64,000 bases of DNA from positions 1 through 64,000 of the forward strand of contig JBNGIO010005971.1 of NCBI GenBank assembly GCA_049999805.1. The letters run 5' to 3'. The notes beneath the pieces were generated by a model that was given only the letters and a program-made list of their open reading frames with translations, did not search any database and was not told the DNA's origin. The position numbers were made by a program, and so were the translations under genes. Origin of the DNA: Folioceros fuciformis. Taxonomy: Eukaryota. Below are positions 23,553-35,547 of the stretch, in pieces; position 1 is the stretch's first letter, and each line of letters begins with the position of its first letter.

Positions 23553-25031
23553 CCCAAGCATTTCAAAGGCTAAAGGTGTTCAAAACTGTTTTGGCAGTAC
23601 ACGCAAAGTTTCTACAAACGCAACCACATCCAAGTTATGTTGCGTCCAATTACACGTTGCCCAAGAAAAATGGGTTGATGTATCATCGCTTTGTACAACA
23701 AGTCTCACTGTAGGCTATCGAGAGCTTGCATCGTATGCAGCCTAGACTCCCTCCAGGAGCGGGATTCATGGAACCGCGGATCTGCTTACAAAATTCATAG
23801 TCAAACTCCAACGCAAGACAGGATAAACACGGCTTCGGAGAAGAGGGCTTCTAGGAACGATCGTTCGATCAGACTACAAGACATGACATACGAGCAACTC
23901 GCGCTCACACGGCAACTATGCTTGCACCTCAATCGCATGCAACATAACAACAACAGGGATGAGCTTGCCAATCGTTTATCCTTCCCTGGTTCCTGGCAGC
24001 AATCAGAAACTGCGTAGTTGGCCATTCGGGCGGGCCGGTGATTGCCACTTTAGTGAACATTTACTGTGTACACCACGCATTTTTTCTCTCAAGGTGCCCG
24101 CTGGACAGGAATGACAGCACACCTGAACCAAGCGCCGTAAGACGACGGAACTCCTGCGTTCTTGCAATGCAAAAGATCTAGAGACGGCGATCCGTCCTGA
24201 CCCAAGATTGTGAAGGCATGAACATTATGGGCCCACAGACTGTGCGCGTGCCGCACCAAGTGAGGCTCTGCTCATTGATCGGCCGGTTGGTGTGATTATA
24301 AGCAGCCGAGCCTGCGGCAGCCTTGTGGCCTTCCGATGAAGAGACCTTAGCTCTTGACCAAAAACAACAAAGAACAATCGGATTCCAGGACGACGCTAAG
24401 GCCCGCAATTCGTTTGCACCTTCAGACGCTCTGTACATTCCTGACATGAGGATCGGTGCAGTTCGTCCCGGAACATTGAAAATACAACGTTCAAACCAAG
24501 ATTGGAACGTATAATGGAGCCCCTTCTCACACTCTGCACCTAGCACATCCGCCTTCCAAAGCTGGGCTCGCGCCTGCATTGCCGGGAACTTTCCGCTGGA
24601 ACGTTCCTAACCGTTAACCGTTATATGTCAGCTGACTGCAACCCCCCGCCTCCTGCCCCGTCCCGTGTGGTTGTGCAGAGCGTTGTAAGGGGGAAGAAGG
24701 AGCTCCAAAATTCTCGGCTCACTATGGACGATGCGGTTTGGTTGTAGAGGTGCGGGGCTGGTGCTGGTTGCACAAGCACCACTCAAGCCCTTGTAAAATT
24801 CAAAGTGTTGAAGAAGAAGAACGTTAAAGACGAGGAAGGCTCCTCCTAAGTTCGCAATTCACAGCTGTTCCAAAAATGTAAGATTGCCTGCACGTTAGAA
24901 CATGTAAGGTTGCCTGCACACACAGATGAGAGCATAGTGGATTGGTGAGAGATGTGCCAGGCCGCGTAATTCATGCGTGACGTAGAATGTGAAATCATGC
25001 GTGTGTGGATTGTTATGTGTTGGTGCCTGCA

Positions 25032-26695
25032 GGAGGAAATGGGTGGGAAAGCTGGTAGAAAGGAGTTCAGGACGAGGAGGAGGAGGCGGAGGCGGAGGAA
25101 CAGATGCAGGCGGCATAGACACCACCTCCGAGTCTTCAGGGCAGTCGTCATCGCAGCGCAAGTCATGGATTTGCGGGTGGAAGAGAGGGGACCTGTCGTG
25201 GCGGAAGCTTGACAAGCAAAAACTGGCAGATGAGATCAGCGGGTCCCTGGGAGACCTGGGAAGCTACATCCCGGTGGTGATCGCCCTGGCCATGGTGAAC
25301 GGGCTGGACCTGGGCACCACCATCTTCTTCTCCGGCTTCTTCAACATTCTTACGGGCCTCATCTTCGGCGTGCCCATGCCGGTCCAGCCCATGCAGGCAA
25401 TAGCCGCAGCCGCGATTGAGCCGGGACAGGTCATGAGCATCCCGCAGATGATGGCCGCTGGCCTCTCCGTCTCCTTCATCCTGCTCTTCCTCAGCGTCAC
25501 GGGCCTCATCGGATTCGTCAACTGGCTGGTCCCGCTCCCCGTGGTGCGCGGCGTGCAGCTCTGCCAGGGCCTCAGCTTCGCCCTCACCGGCGTCAAGTAC
25601 GTCCTCCGGGAACAGAATTTCGGCCAGGTCCGCAACGTCGGCCTCCCACGCCCGTGGCTCGGCCTCGATGGCCGCATGCTCGCCATCGCTGCATTCTGCT
25701 TTGTGGTTGGCGTCACGGGCGTGGGCGGGGACCACCGACCTACAACCCCTGCCCTTAAGCAAGACGTGGAGTCCGGAACCCTACAGCCGTCCGCCCCGAC
25801 AGATCCGTCGGGAGCAGGAGGAGAGGACGATGGAACAACGACAACGGCAACAGTCGGGACGGGAGCAGACACAGGCAAACGGAAAGGATCCATGGCCAAG
25901 CTTCCATGGAAGCGAGCCGGAGTCTACCTGCGAGACGCGAGGGGGAAGTTTGCCATTCCTACTGGCTTGCTCCTGGTGGTGTTAGGAATGTTGCTTGCTT
26001 TTGCTCGCATGCCCAGCATCTTCAAAGCTCTCCGAGTGGGACCATCCCGGCCCCGAGTGGTGCACATCAAGCTGCAGGACTGGAAGGTAGGGTTCAACAG
26101 GGCTGCCGTGCAGCAGCTCCCGCTCAGCGTGCTCAACAGCGTCATCGCCACAGTGAAGCTGGGGCATGATCTCTTCCCGGCTCAGCAGGGCAGGTTGACC
26201 GTGGCGAGAGTTGCGGCCTCGGTAGGGCTGATGAACGTACTGGGATGCTGGTTTGGGGCCATGCCCGTCTGCCATGGCGCAAGCGGGCTGGCCGCTCAGT
26301 ATCGGTTAGGAGCAAGAACAGGACTATCTGTGCTGATGCTGGGAGGGATCAAGATGTTGGTCAGCCTGTTCCTAGGAAGCTCCATCCTGCGCCTGCTGCT
26401 GCAGTTCCCAGTAGCGCTGCTGGGAGTGCTGCTGCTACTGGCAGGGCTGGAGCTGGCCATAGCCGCGCGTGACCAGGCCTCCCGCTCCGATGCCTTCGTC
26501 ACGTTCCTGGTGGCCGTAGTAGGTCTGGCCTGGTCCAACGGCGCCTTGGGGTTCGCCTGCGGCATGATGATCGCCTGGATCCTCAAGGTGCGCAACCTCG
26601 ACCTCGACCTCCTCGATCTGCCCACGCTGGATCCCGCTGCCATGCACGCGCACCTCTCTGCGGCGCCCCTCCCTCCGCACATTTCCCCTCGTTAA
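25032..26695 (+). CDS. MOT1: Molybdate transporter (MOT1/MOT2 family); 5' end unresolved
   Basis: EISGSLGDLGSYIP, FGVPMPVQPMQAIAA, PLPVVRGVQLCQGL, QLPLSVLNSVIA and FGAMPVCHGASGLAAQYRLGARTG. There is no in-frame ATG before the conserved region; a TGCAG acceptor at ~25031 suggests an upstream exon. Confidence 0.93.
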
Positions 26696-27758
26696 ATATG
26701 TAGATCCTCAGCATTCCCTCCCCTCCTCCCTCCGCTCTCACCTGTTTCAGTCCTCATGCCTACCTGCATCGGAAAACTTTTCATCATGTTTCCTTAATTA
26801 ACAATGGACTTTGCAACACAAAAGGAGTATGCTGCAAAAACGCTAGGGCTCGAGTCAAGGTGGTCATGGCTGCTCTCACGGCGTCTCAACGAGTGCCTTG
26901 CGAACAAACGCATCTCACGGTTCTGGTTGTCGTCAAGACGAGCCAGCGTGGAACAACGATCATAAGCTCGTCCCTGTTCTGTTCATCGCTCTCGCACGAA
27001 AAGGTTGCCGTTCTATGCTAAGGTAAGCTACTGCGGTTATTATGAGAGCACAGCTGCTCCGTGCAGGTTGAGGGTGGTTGTGTTTCACTTGTTGTAGATG
27101 GGAACGGTGTAGTTTCTAGACTCCATTTATCTTCGTGTTGATACTTTTTGTCCCTGAGGTTTGCTATGCTGCGTTCCAAACTTCGAAGTAAGCAATGGAC
27201 AAACAGCTGATACCATGCCCCTCTGTGCCGATTGCCACAGAATTTTCTCGGTGCCAAAACAGCATTGCATTTGTACACCTGTTGAGGTGCCCTTACCAGG
27301 ATCAAGGACAATTTGACGGTTGTTCTATGACACCACAAGATGAATTGTCGAGCTCGTGGGATGCTGTTCTTGCTCCCAGCCGGTATGTACATACTGTTCA
27401 TCCTGGTGACATGAACTGTTCTTCTGGTGCGTATGTACACACACATATTCCAGTGTTCTGTCGGACCTTGAATTCCTTCAGCATGAGGAGTCCTTCAGCT
27501 CGGGCTCTGAAACGGTTACGACATTGCAGGACTGGGAAAATAGATTCCACATGTGCGAGAACGATCTAAGTCCGAAAAGATGGTGTCCATGGAGATGATG
27601 GTACCAGTGGACCCGTGGGAGAAAGGAAAAACACTTGTGTCCTACACAAATCTCAATTACCTGTGGCAGGTAAGTGAGCAATGTGTAGGGTCAAAGTGCT
27701 TCTTCATTCGTCCATACTTTCCGCCATGGCAAGGAGGTCCGCTGCCTGGTAGTTCACT

Positions 27759-30700
27759 CTACTCCCAAGTGGGCGCTTGCTCCAGGGATGTTTCATCAGA
27801 GATGTTCCCTGACGACGACACCTGCACGACTGGCACATACCCAATTTTCTCCATTTCCGAGAACAGCAGTTTCAGTCTTGCATAGATAGCGTCACTTTCG
27901 AGATGTCTTTCGTCTCCAACCAAAAATGTGTGCACCAGTCCCTCCATGTCTGTCCACCAACTCTGGCCTGGCTGCTTCCAAGCCCCAACTTCTATTCTCC
28001 TCGCCTGCATCTCCTGAGCCTCCGCCCACATTTGGGCTCCGCTATATATGTTGGACATGAACACATATGCTGCAGCATCTCTTCGGTCCAGCTTCACTGC
28101 TTCATTGAAAGCAAAGCGGCCCACATTCACATCGTTCCACTTTCGACAGGCACCCAAAAGGGTATGCCAAACGGCAGCAGTGGGCACAATTTGCATGGTC
28201 TTTAACAAATCCAGTGCCTCATCCAATCGACCTGCACGACCCAGGAGATCCACCATGCATGTGTAGTGCTCGACTGTTGGCGTGATGCCATAGTGTCTGC
28301 TCATGGACTCAAAGTACTCTCTCCCCTTGTTCACCAGACCTGCGTGACTGCACACAGTTAGTACACTGAGGAATGTGATGCCAACTGGCTGGATGCCATC
28401 GTCCCTCATTTTCTGCACCAAGTCAAAAACAACGTCACTGTCTCCCTGACAGGCGTAACCTGCAACCAGGGCACTCCACGCGACAGCATCTCTTACAGGC
28501 AACTCATCAAAAACCTGCTGTGCATCAACCATGCTCCCAGACTTTCCGTACATGTTTATTAAACTGCCTGCAACAAACATATCAGCTTTAAGCCCTTGCT
28601 CCTGGATCTCTGCATGTAGCTGCCTTCCAAGATGTAAAGCTGCCACATTTGCGCATCCCTGCAGGAGGAACACAAAAGTCAGAGCATCGGGTACAGCGAT
28701 GCCTTCTTGTTGCATAGCACTGTAGAGACGAAGGGATTCCTCCCCCAGCCCTTGCTGGGAATACCCTGCTATCATGGCAGTCCATGTCACCACATTCTTT
28801 TCACCAAGTCCATCAAACAATCGCTGTGCATCTTCCAAGCCACCACACTTTGCATACATGTTCACCAAACTGCTGGCAACAAATACGTCAGCTTCATGTC
28901 CCTGTCCTTTGATTTGTGCGTGTAGCTGCTTCCCTTTCTCCAATGCCGGAGTGCCAACGCTTGCACATGCCTGCAGGAGACACACAAATGTCACAGAGTT
29001 GGGTGCAGCAGTGCCTTCAGCCTGCATGTCAGTGAAGAGATGAAGAGCTTCCTGGCCCATGCCCTGTTGGGCATATCCAGCAATTAGAGCAGTCCACATC
29101 ACCACATCTTTTTGACCAATCCCATCAAACACTTCCTGGGCTTCTTTCAAGCTGCCACACTTTGCATACATGTTCACCAAACTGCTGGCAACAAACTCAT
29201 CAGCTTGGTGTCCGTGTTCTTTGATTTGTGCATGAAGCTGCTTCCCCTTTTCGAGGGCACGAGGTCCCAAACTTGCACATGCTTGCAGGAGGCACAAAAA
29301 TGTCACGGAATCAGGCACCGCAACCCCTTCTTGTTGCATGACACTGTAGAGAGAAAGGGCTTCCTGCCCCATGCCCTGCTGGGAATACCGTGATATCATG
29401 GCATTCCACGTCACCACATCTTTCGATGCACCCAGTCCATCAAAAGTTCTCCTGGCGTCCTCCAAGCTGCCACACTTCGCATACATGTTCATCAAACTCT
29501 CGGCTACAAACACGTCATCTTGGAGTCCTCGCTCCCTGACCTGCGTATGAAGCTGTTTCCCTTCCTCTAAAGCCATGGGCCCGACACTTGAACATGCCTG
29601 CAGGAGGCACACAAATGTCACAGTATTGGGTACAGCCCTGCCGTCTTCTTGCATAGCTCTGTACAGCCGAAGGGCTTCTTGGCCCTTTCCCTGCTGGGAA
29701 TATCCTGCTAACATGGCATTCCACGTCACCACATCTCTCTGAACAAGTCCGTCGAACACACTCTGAGCATCCTCCAAGCTCCCACACTTTGCGTACATGT
29801 TCACCAAACTGTTAGCCACAAACGCGTCACCCTCATGTCCTCGTTCCCTAATTTGCCTATGCAGCTGCTTCCCCTTCACCAGGACTGGAGCGCCCACGCC
29901 TGCACATGCCTGTAGGAGGCACACAAACGTCACAGAATTGGGAACAGCGATGCCTTCTTCTTGCATACCGCTGTATAGAGAAAGAGCTTCCCGACCCCTG
30001 CCCTCCTGGGCGTATCCTGCTATCATGGCAGTCCACGTTACCACGTCCTTCTGATGAAGTCCATCAAACACTCTTTGAGCCTCGTCCAGGCTGCCACACT
30101 TGGCATACATGTCCACCAAGCAATTACAGACAAACAAATCAGGCTCAACCCCACTGGCCAGCACATCAGCATGAACCTGCTGCCCAGATTCTAAGTCTGA
30201 TCCCGTTGCACAGGCCTGAAGGGCTGCCACAAACACATGCCCATCTGGCCTGACGTTTGACGTGCGCATACGATGATACAGTTGTATGGCCTCCTTGTCC
30301 TGACCATGCTTCACATTCGCAGACATAATGGAAGACCACATGAAGGCATCAGGCTCAGCAACCCCGGTGAACACGTCCATCGCGTCTTGCAGCCTGCCAT
30401 GAGAAGAATACATCCGCAGAATATGGTTGCACAGGAACGTGTCCGACTGATACCCATTCTTCACCGTGAAGGCATGCACGCGGCGACCCAGAACCAGATC
30501 CTTCTTGGCCACACATTGCTTGAGGACAGCATAAAACACAGCCTTGGCAACACGGCACTCTCTCTGCACCAGAACTCCCAAGGCCTCCACGGCCTCACCT
30601 AGATGGCCCTCATCACATAGCATGCTCACAGTTTCAGCCGTTACTACCTTGCCATCATCCGGCAAGCTGCAGCTGGAATCGGAACCGTCACGGTCCGTCT

Positions 30701-30929
30701 CCACATCCAGCGCAGCAAGCAGCGTTGCACGTCCTCTTGGACGGGCCAGATGTCTTGCAAATGTGCATATCCTCGAGTCTTGCTCATCCTTCCCCCAACA
30801 CTGCGTCCTCGAAGTCAGGTGGCCAGGAGCTCTACCCATAGAACCCCTTCGCTGGGTCAAGGAAGACCTTCTCCATAGCTGGTCCCGCAGTCCTTTGCAT
30901 GGCTCACTTGCCATGCTGGAGATGGCCAT
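27759..30929 (-). CDS. PLS-class PPR protein (~23 P/L/S motifs, E1-E2, truncated WW-type DYW); organellar RNA-editing factor candidate
   Basis: Single-exon 1056 aa with repeated DVVTWxAMI (P), TFVCLLQAC (L) and LVNMYAKCGSL (S) motifs, then HYTCMVDLLGRAG and E domains. It ends with KQPGQSWWTDMEGLVHTFLVGD...GYVP and stops before any HxE/CxxC. Confidence 0.97.
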   Translation of the reverse strand: MAISSMASEPCKGLRDQLWRRSSLTQRRGSMGRAPGHLTSRTQCWGKDEQDSRICTFARHLARPRGRATLLAALDVETDRDGSDSSCSLPDDGKVVTAETVSMLCDEGHLGEAVEALGVLVQRECRVAKAVFYAVLKQCVAKKDLVLGRRVHAFTVKNGYQSDTFLCNHILRMYSSHGRLQDAMDVFTGVAEPDAFMWSSIMSANVKHGQDKEAIQLYHRMRTSNVRPDGHVFVAALQACATGSDLESGQQVHADVLASGVEPDLFVCNCLVDMYAKCGSLDEAQRVFDGLHQKDVVTWTAMIAGYAQEGRGREALSLYSGMQEEGIAVPNSVTFVCLLQACAGVGAPVLVKGKQLHRQIRERGHEGDAFVANSLVNMYAKCGSLEDAQSVFDGLVQRDVVTWNAMLAGYSQQGKGQEALRLYRAMQEDGRAVPNTVTFVCLLQACSSVGPMALEEGKQLHTQVRERGLQDDVFVAESLMNMYAKCGSLEDARRTFDGLGASKDVVTWNAMISRYSQQGMGQEALSLYSVMQQEGVAVPDSVTFLCLLQACASLGPRALEKGKQLHAQIKEHGHQADEFVASSLVNMYAKCGSLKEAQEVFDGIGQKDVVMWTALIAGYAQQGMGQEALHLFTDMQAEGTAAPNSVTFVCLLQACASVGTPALEKGKQLHAQIKGQGHEADVFVASSLVNMYAKCGGLEDAQRLFDGLGEKNVVTWTAMIAGYSQQGLGEESLRLYSAMQQEGIAVPDALTFVFLLQGCANVAALHLGRQLHAEIQEQGLKADMFVAGSLINMYGKSGSMVDAQQVFDELPVRDAVAWSALVAGYACQGDSDVVFDLVQKMRDDGIQPVGITFLSVLTVCSHAGLVNKGREYFESMSRHYGITPTVEHYTCMVDLLGRAGRLDEALDLLKTMQIVPTAAVWHTLLGACRKWNDVNVGRFAFNEAVKLDRRDAAAYVFMSNIYSGAQMWAEAQEMQARRIEVGAWKQPGQSWWTDMEGLVHTFLVGDERHLESDAIYARLKLLFSEMEKIGYVPVVQVSSSGNISDETSLEQAPTWE

Positions 30930-31152
30930 TGCTGATTACAAATTGCACCAAATTCGATGACGCTACGTACGTCCCAGACGATAAACCATACGTTTCCTTC
31001 CATGGAAAGAAACTACGTGATCGAAACAGCCTCCACCCATCGATACGACCTATCATAAACTGAGCTTCCCAAAGCGACTTGCAACTCGAATTTGAATTCA
31101 TTTTGGAAGTTGGGCTGCTGCTCCTCTTAAAGGAAGGCCAGGAACGCCGTCC
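30930..31152. promoter_or_regulatory. Probable bidirectional promoter between the PPR gene and LIN37
   Basis: Divergent start codons are only 223 bp apart. Confidence 0.55.
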
Positions 31153-32615
31153 ATGGCAGCCGCCAGTGAGGACCAAGCCCAGACCCAGCAGCAGCAGCTA
31201 CCAGAAACGTCCTCTCCTTCTCCGGCAAGCCAGTCGTTCCGGTCTGGCGTGATTGTGGGTCTGGCAAAGGAGCCTCTGAAGCCTGGCCATATCATCGTCC
31301 AGAGGGTGTCAACCCCACAGGCTCAGCCTCCTCCTCCATCCAAGGCGCAAGTCCCAGGCCAAGGCCCCGGCCCAGGACCAGGGCCAGGCCCAGTCCCAGT
31401 ACCAGGCCCAGGTGTGCACCTCCTCACCTCGTCCCATCGCCCAGCAGCAGCAGCAGCAGCAGGCGAGCCAGGCCAGCGTGCTCCTAATCGCATCGCGGCT
31501 GCACAGGCTTCCGCATCACTGTCCTCCTTCCAACCAGCTAGATCCTCCCCTCAGCAACTGCCTCAGCCTGGTGTGCTTCATCCGTCTTCCATGATGTTGC
31601 GGCAGCAGTCAGGTGCAGAGCCCGGTGGGCTCAGACCTGCACATCTCCCTGCAGCTGCCCACCAGGTACAGCTGCCTATTTGTCTCGCATGCTACAGTCT
31701 CGGCTCAGGCAGCGCATTTTTTTTGTTTTGTGAATTGTTGTGTGAATGTGCTTGCTTATGCAGGGTCCTGTGGCTTCCTCTTCGATGTCCACTGAATTCG
31801 AGACAGGTCAAAGGTGAAGCTCCTTGGCTCTGTCCTTGGGTGTGCTGCTGCTTCGGTATCGTGCTTCCAAATGAACTTCTCACTCAATTGTTTGATTCTT
31901 CGTATGCAGAGATAGGTCTGCTGACACTTCCGTGGTGGTTCACATCTTGGACAGGAAGGTAATCACCGTTCTTCCAAAAACACCTTCCTTTTTGGCTCAC
32001 TCCATTCTCACAACGTGCTTCATGGCTGGACAGGTAAGACTGGTGTCAGAAACCGATCCAAGCTCCATATATGCGCTCGCCCGGCGATGGGTGCGCAATG
32101 ATATGCCAAGGAAAGACCAGGTGCTTGCTTCACCTTCTCCGTGGTATGCATGGCTGGATTCCTGGGTTGCAGCTGCTCTTGTAACGCTCTTCTGTGGTGT
32201 CGGGATGAACAGCCAGGATTCTGGGATTGCACGATACCTCATTTGCCGAGGCCTCTATCAGGAGCAGAGGCAGATGGAAATGAAGCCGAGGCAGCCGACA
32301 AGCATGGGATGTTGGATGATGAAATGCTCGGTGAGCAGGATGTGGATTTCGATGGACCTGTAGACGGGCTTGCCACTCAGGACATTCTTAACTCACATCT
32401 GAAGCGTTTCCGGATCATCCGAAAGAGGCAAGTGGGCTGCACCTACCAAGCACACTCTTTCACTCATCTTTCTTCCTTCTTGTGACCGAACTTGTCATGA
32501 CAGTGAGCGTTGCAGGGCAAGGAGAGCTCATGTCCATCGGATCGACAGATACAGGCATAGACTTGCATACCTGATCCCACCAATCCCGGAACCCCCCACC
32601 CGACAACTCCCATGA
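31153..32615 (+). CDS. LIN37: LIN37-like DREAM/MuvB complex subunit, multi-exon
   Basis: Pro/Gln-rich N-terminus, RKVRLV..SSIYALARRWVRND, IPHLPRPL, and DILNSHLKRFRIIRKR|ARRAHVHRIDRYRHRLAYLIP. The last intron is GC-AG (32428-32515). Confidence 0.8.
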
Positions 32616-34254
32616 CCGTTAGAAGGAAGTAGGTGCAGAAGGTTTATGTGGAAAGCCATGCCCCTCCATGTCAATACTACCTTATCAACCATGCTGCACA
32701 CGAGTTACCACGAACTTTCTTTCACATGTATGGCCGGGTTGCTAAAGCAAGTACATGTAACCTTAACCTACCTGTTGAAAGTACAAATAGCCTGATGTTT
32801 CCTTCGCGAAGTGCGATAACGGGAGCAAGAGATGCCATTTCGTACTCAGCCGCAACAGCCACCTGGTCGTAGATGTGTAGTACAACGAACGCTAGGGCGT
32901 GTACTAGCGTCGAGTCCTGCAACAGAGCCGGAAATTGAGCTGAGTTTGGTGCAGTACACGATCGGTGGTACTCCAGCAGTACAGCTAGCGGCTGCCCCAG
33001 ACTAAAAGGGAGCTCCATACTTTGACAAGTTTCGTATGGTGTGTCCCACAAGGGCATGGCTCGGCAAGGCAAGGGAGGCAGGAGGGGCTGGCAACGGTGC
33101 TGCAGAGGGGCCGGGGATGCTTGTGGCATCCAGGGTGCGGTATTGCATGACAGCCACACGAGCAGAGACTTCTCCTGTGGCCCTCATGCACTGCCTCTTC
33201 CCTGGCTTCTCTTTGTCTTCGTCCCCTCAGGCTTCCACTGCTAGCCTCGTCCCGAGCCTGCCCTCCCTTTCTTACTAGCCGCACCAATTCTCATCTCTCC
33301 TTGCCCATCCAAGCTCCAGCTACCAAATTGCAGGGTTTCGAAAGAGTTTGGAATGACGACGAGGATTTGTGCTCTGGTTTCAGTTGAAGCTGAGAGAAAC
33401 GGTTCTCAGAGCACTAAAGGATGCGGCTGAGCGTCAAGGTTCGATTCCGAATTTTAAAACTACCTTACCGTCGGACGGCGGAGTGCACTCTTCATCGTCT
33501 CTCCTGGAGCTATATCTAACCTTTCCATGTTTTGAAAACGAAGTCTCGATCGAGCGGAGGAGGAGACGGGAAGAGCAAGCCCCTGCGCCAAGAAAGGCTG
33601 AGGCCGAAGATTGCGGACTTGTAGGAACTAGACATTCTAGCAATGATACCAGAAGGTATGTGGACAGGCCTAGCAAATGGAGGTGATTTGTCTGTAGGAC
33701 AGAAACTGTTGAGACCTTGCTCATCCAACGGAACCTAGCATGCCAGCGGATCCTTGCAGATTGCAGTCCCTTACTTAGATCCGAATTAGAGAGCTCGGAA
33801 AAAGCTATGAATCTTCTCTTGGTTTCCGTCGTGTCGTCAGTTCGTGGATTCGTCGATTGTAAAAAACCGTTCTTTTATAATTGGTTGTTTATTGTTAACA
33901 GTGTTCTTATAAACTGCGATGGGGACAGTTGGAATAGACATAAATGCTAGATATCTAATTCGTTTTGCAACTGGTGGTGGGCTTAAGTAAGCTTGGCGCA
34001 CGTTCTTTTCAGCCCGGTGAAGCTTGGTGATGTTGAAGCATTCTCTTCCATCGTAGATAAACGTAGGTTTTTTTTTTCTCAAAAAACCTTAGTGATCTTG
34101 GGCAAGTTTTCTTCATCCCAATAATCTCAAATGAACCTTAGACTCAGTTCTCTTCGACCTTAGAGTAAGTTCTCCTAGTAAACCTTATGTTGTTGCAATG
34201 AACCTTAGGTAGCTTTTCTTGAGACGTGTCATATGTTGGGTCAAGAAGATAAGT

Positions 34255-34520
34255 ATTTCTGAGTTGATAGAGCTCTATCCCTAGCCAAAGCTCAAGTTGC
34301 TAGAGTTCAAAGCCTAAAGCTTGAGTTGCTAAAGCTCTTTGCCCAAAGCCAAAGTTGCTAGAGCTCTAAGCCCAAAGCAAGAGTTGCTAAAGGTCCATGC
34401 CCAAAGCCCAAGTTGCTAAAGCTCTAAGCCCAAAGCCTAAGTTGCTAAAGCTCTAAGTCCAAAGCCTAAGTTGCTAAAGTTCTAAGCCCAAAGCCCAAGT
34501 TGCTAGAGCTCTATGCCTAA
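34255..34520. repeat. Degenerate 30-bp tandem repeat (~8-9 units) within TE-like DNA
   Basis: Unit approximately GTTGCTAAAGCTCTAAGCCCAAAGCCTAA(A). Confidence 0.9.
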
Positions 34521-35437
34521 ACCCAACAACCACTATCTTTAAGGTTGCCATTGCAGCACTTCATGCTCTCCACCTAGATCCTTATTACCATAAGATATTT
34601 TTGACTTCATGGTTAATAAGCCTTTTTCTTTGAAGAGGGTGATCTTAGGTCAAGTTCTCTCCATCACCTCGTGACTATCTCAAGAATGACTTTTCTCAAG
34701 AGCATCTTTTGCCAAGTGGATTTTTGAAGCTTTTTCCTTTGGCACTTGAGAGAAGAGGTCCTTCATTAGATCTCTTAGGTCTTGGGTGCTAGCATTTTAC
34801 TAGCTTTGGACAAGGCCGACTTTGGGTTGCATCCTATTGCTATTAAGGAGGGGTTTCTATGCCTCATTAGTCATAGTAAACTTTGGAATAATCTTAAATG
34901 ATCTCATCTTTCCTTCTACCAATTTGCAATTGTCACTCTGAGTGGTTGTGAGTAATAATAACTCATTCAGCGTCTAGGTACTCTTCGAGTCCCACCCACT
35001 TTGGGGACTTTAAGCTTTGAATAGGATATGAAGAATGCCTTTAATGGAGATGGCCGCTCGCAATGTCATGTTCTTCGACCCCTAAGGAGTGTGGCGGAGC
35101 CATACATATGTGATGACCATGTTGTCAACAGGGTTATCACATATGCAACTAGGGACTCTACCTGCAACCATGTCACCATCAATCCCCCTAGATAGGGGCA
35201 TGTGAGTGGCAAGGTCCATAAGTATGGTGACAAGGTTCACAAGTATGGTACCATAAGAACACTTTCATCCCCCTTGTTCATGAGTACAAAGATGGCATAT
35301 ATGCAACAAAAGGACATTTTAGGCAAGGACTTTTCAAGACTAATGAAGGTTGTCAAGACTAATCAAGGTTGTGCCAAGGCTTGTGACAATTGTACAAACA
35401 AATCCCACCCATTTCCTCGCTAGTGACCTTCTTTTAA

Positions 35438-35547
35438 TAGGCATCTCCACAAAGAGCACTGGCCAAACTTCTTTATATAGGCATCTCCACAAAGAGCACT
35501 AGCCAAACTTCTTTATATAGGCATCTCCACAAAGAGCACTAGCCAAA
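35438..35547. repeat. 40-bp tandem repeat, ~2.7 copies
   Basis: TAGGCATCTCCACAAAGAGCACTRGCCAAACTTCTTTATA starts at 35438, 35478 and 35518. Confidence 0.9.

Noticed and set aside
25163-26682. Long antisense and alternate-frame ORFs over MOT1 (similarly over PPR, VPS39, RlmN and the F-box gene)
   Set aside because: They are shadow ORFs expected from GC-rich codon usage, with no domain signal.
27018-27758. Detached remainder of the DYW domain downstream of the PPR stop
   Set aside because: No HSE, CxxCH or terminal DYW-like motif was recognisable in the frames read.
32985-33310. Cys/His-rich 100-aa minus-strand ORF as a zinc-finger gene
   Set aside because: The in-frame ATG is followed by TGA after five codons, and the Cys/His spacing matches no motif I recognise.
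33760-34082. hAT transposase fragment (RYLAFMSIP)
   Set aside because: The resemblance is limited to a few residues and cannot be supported without a search.
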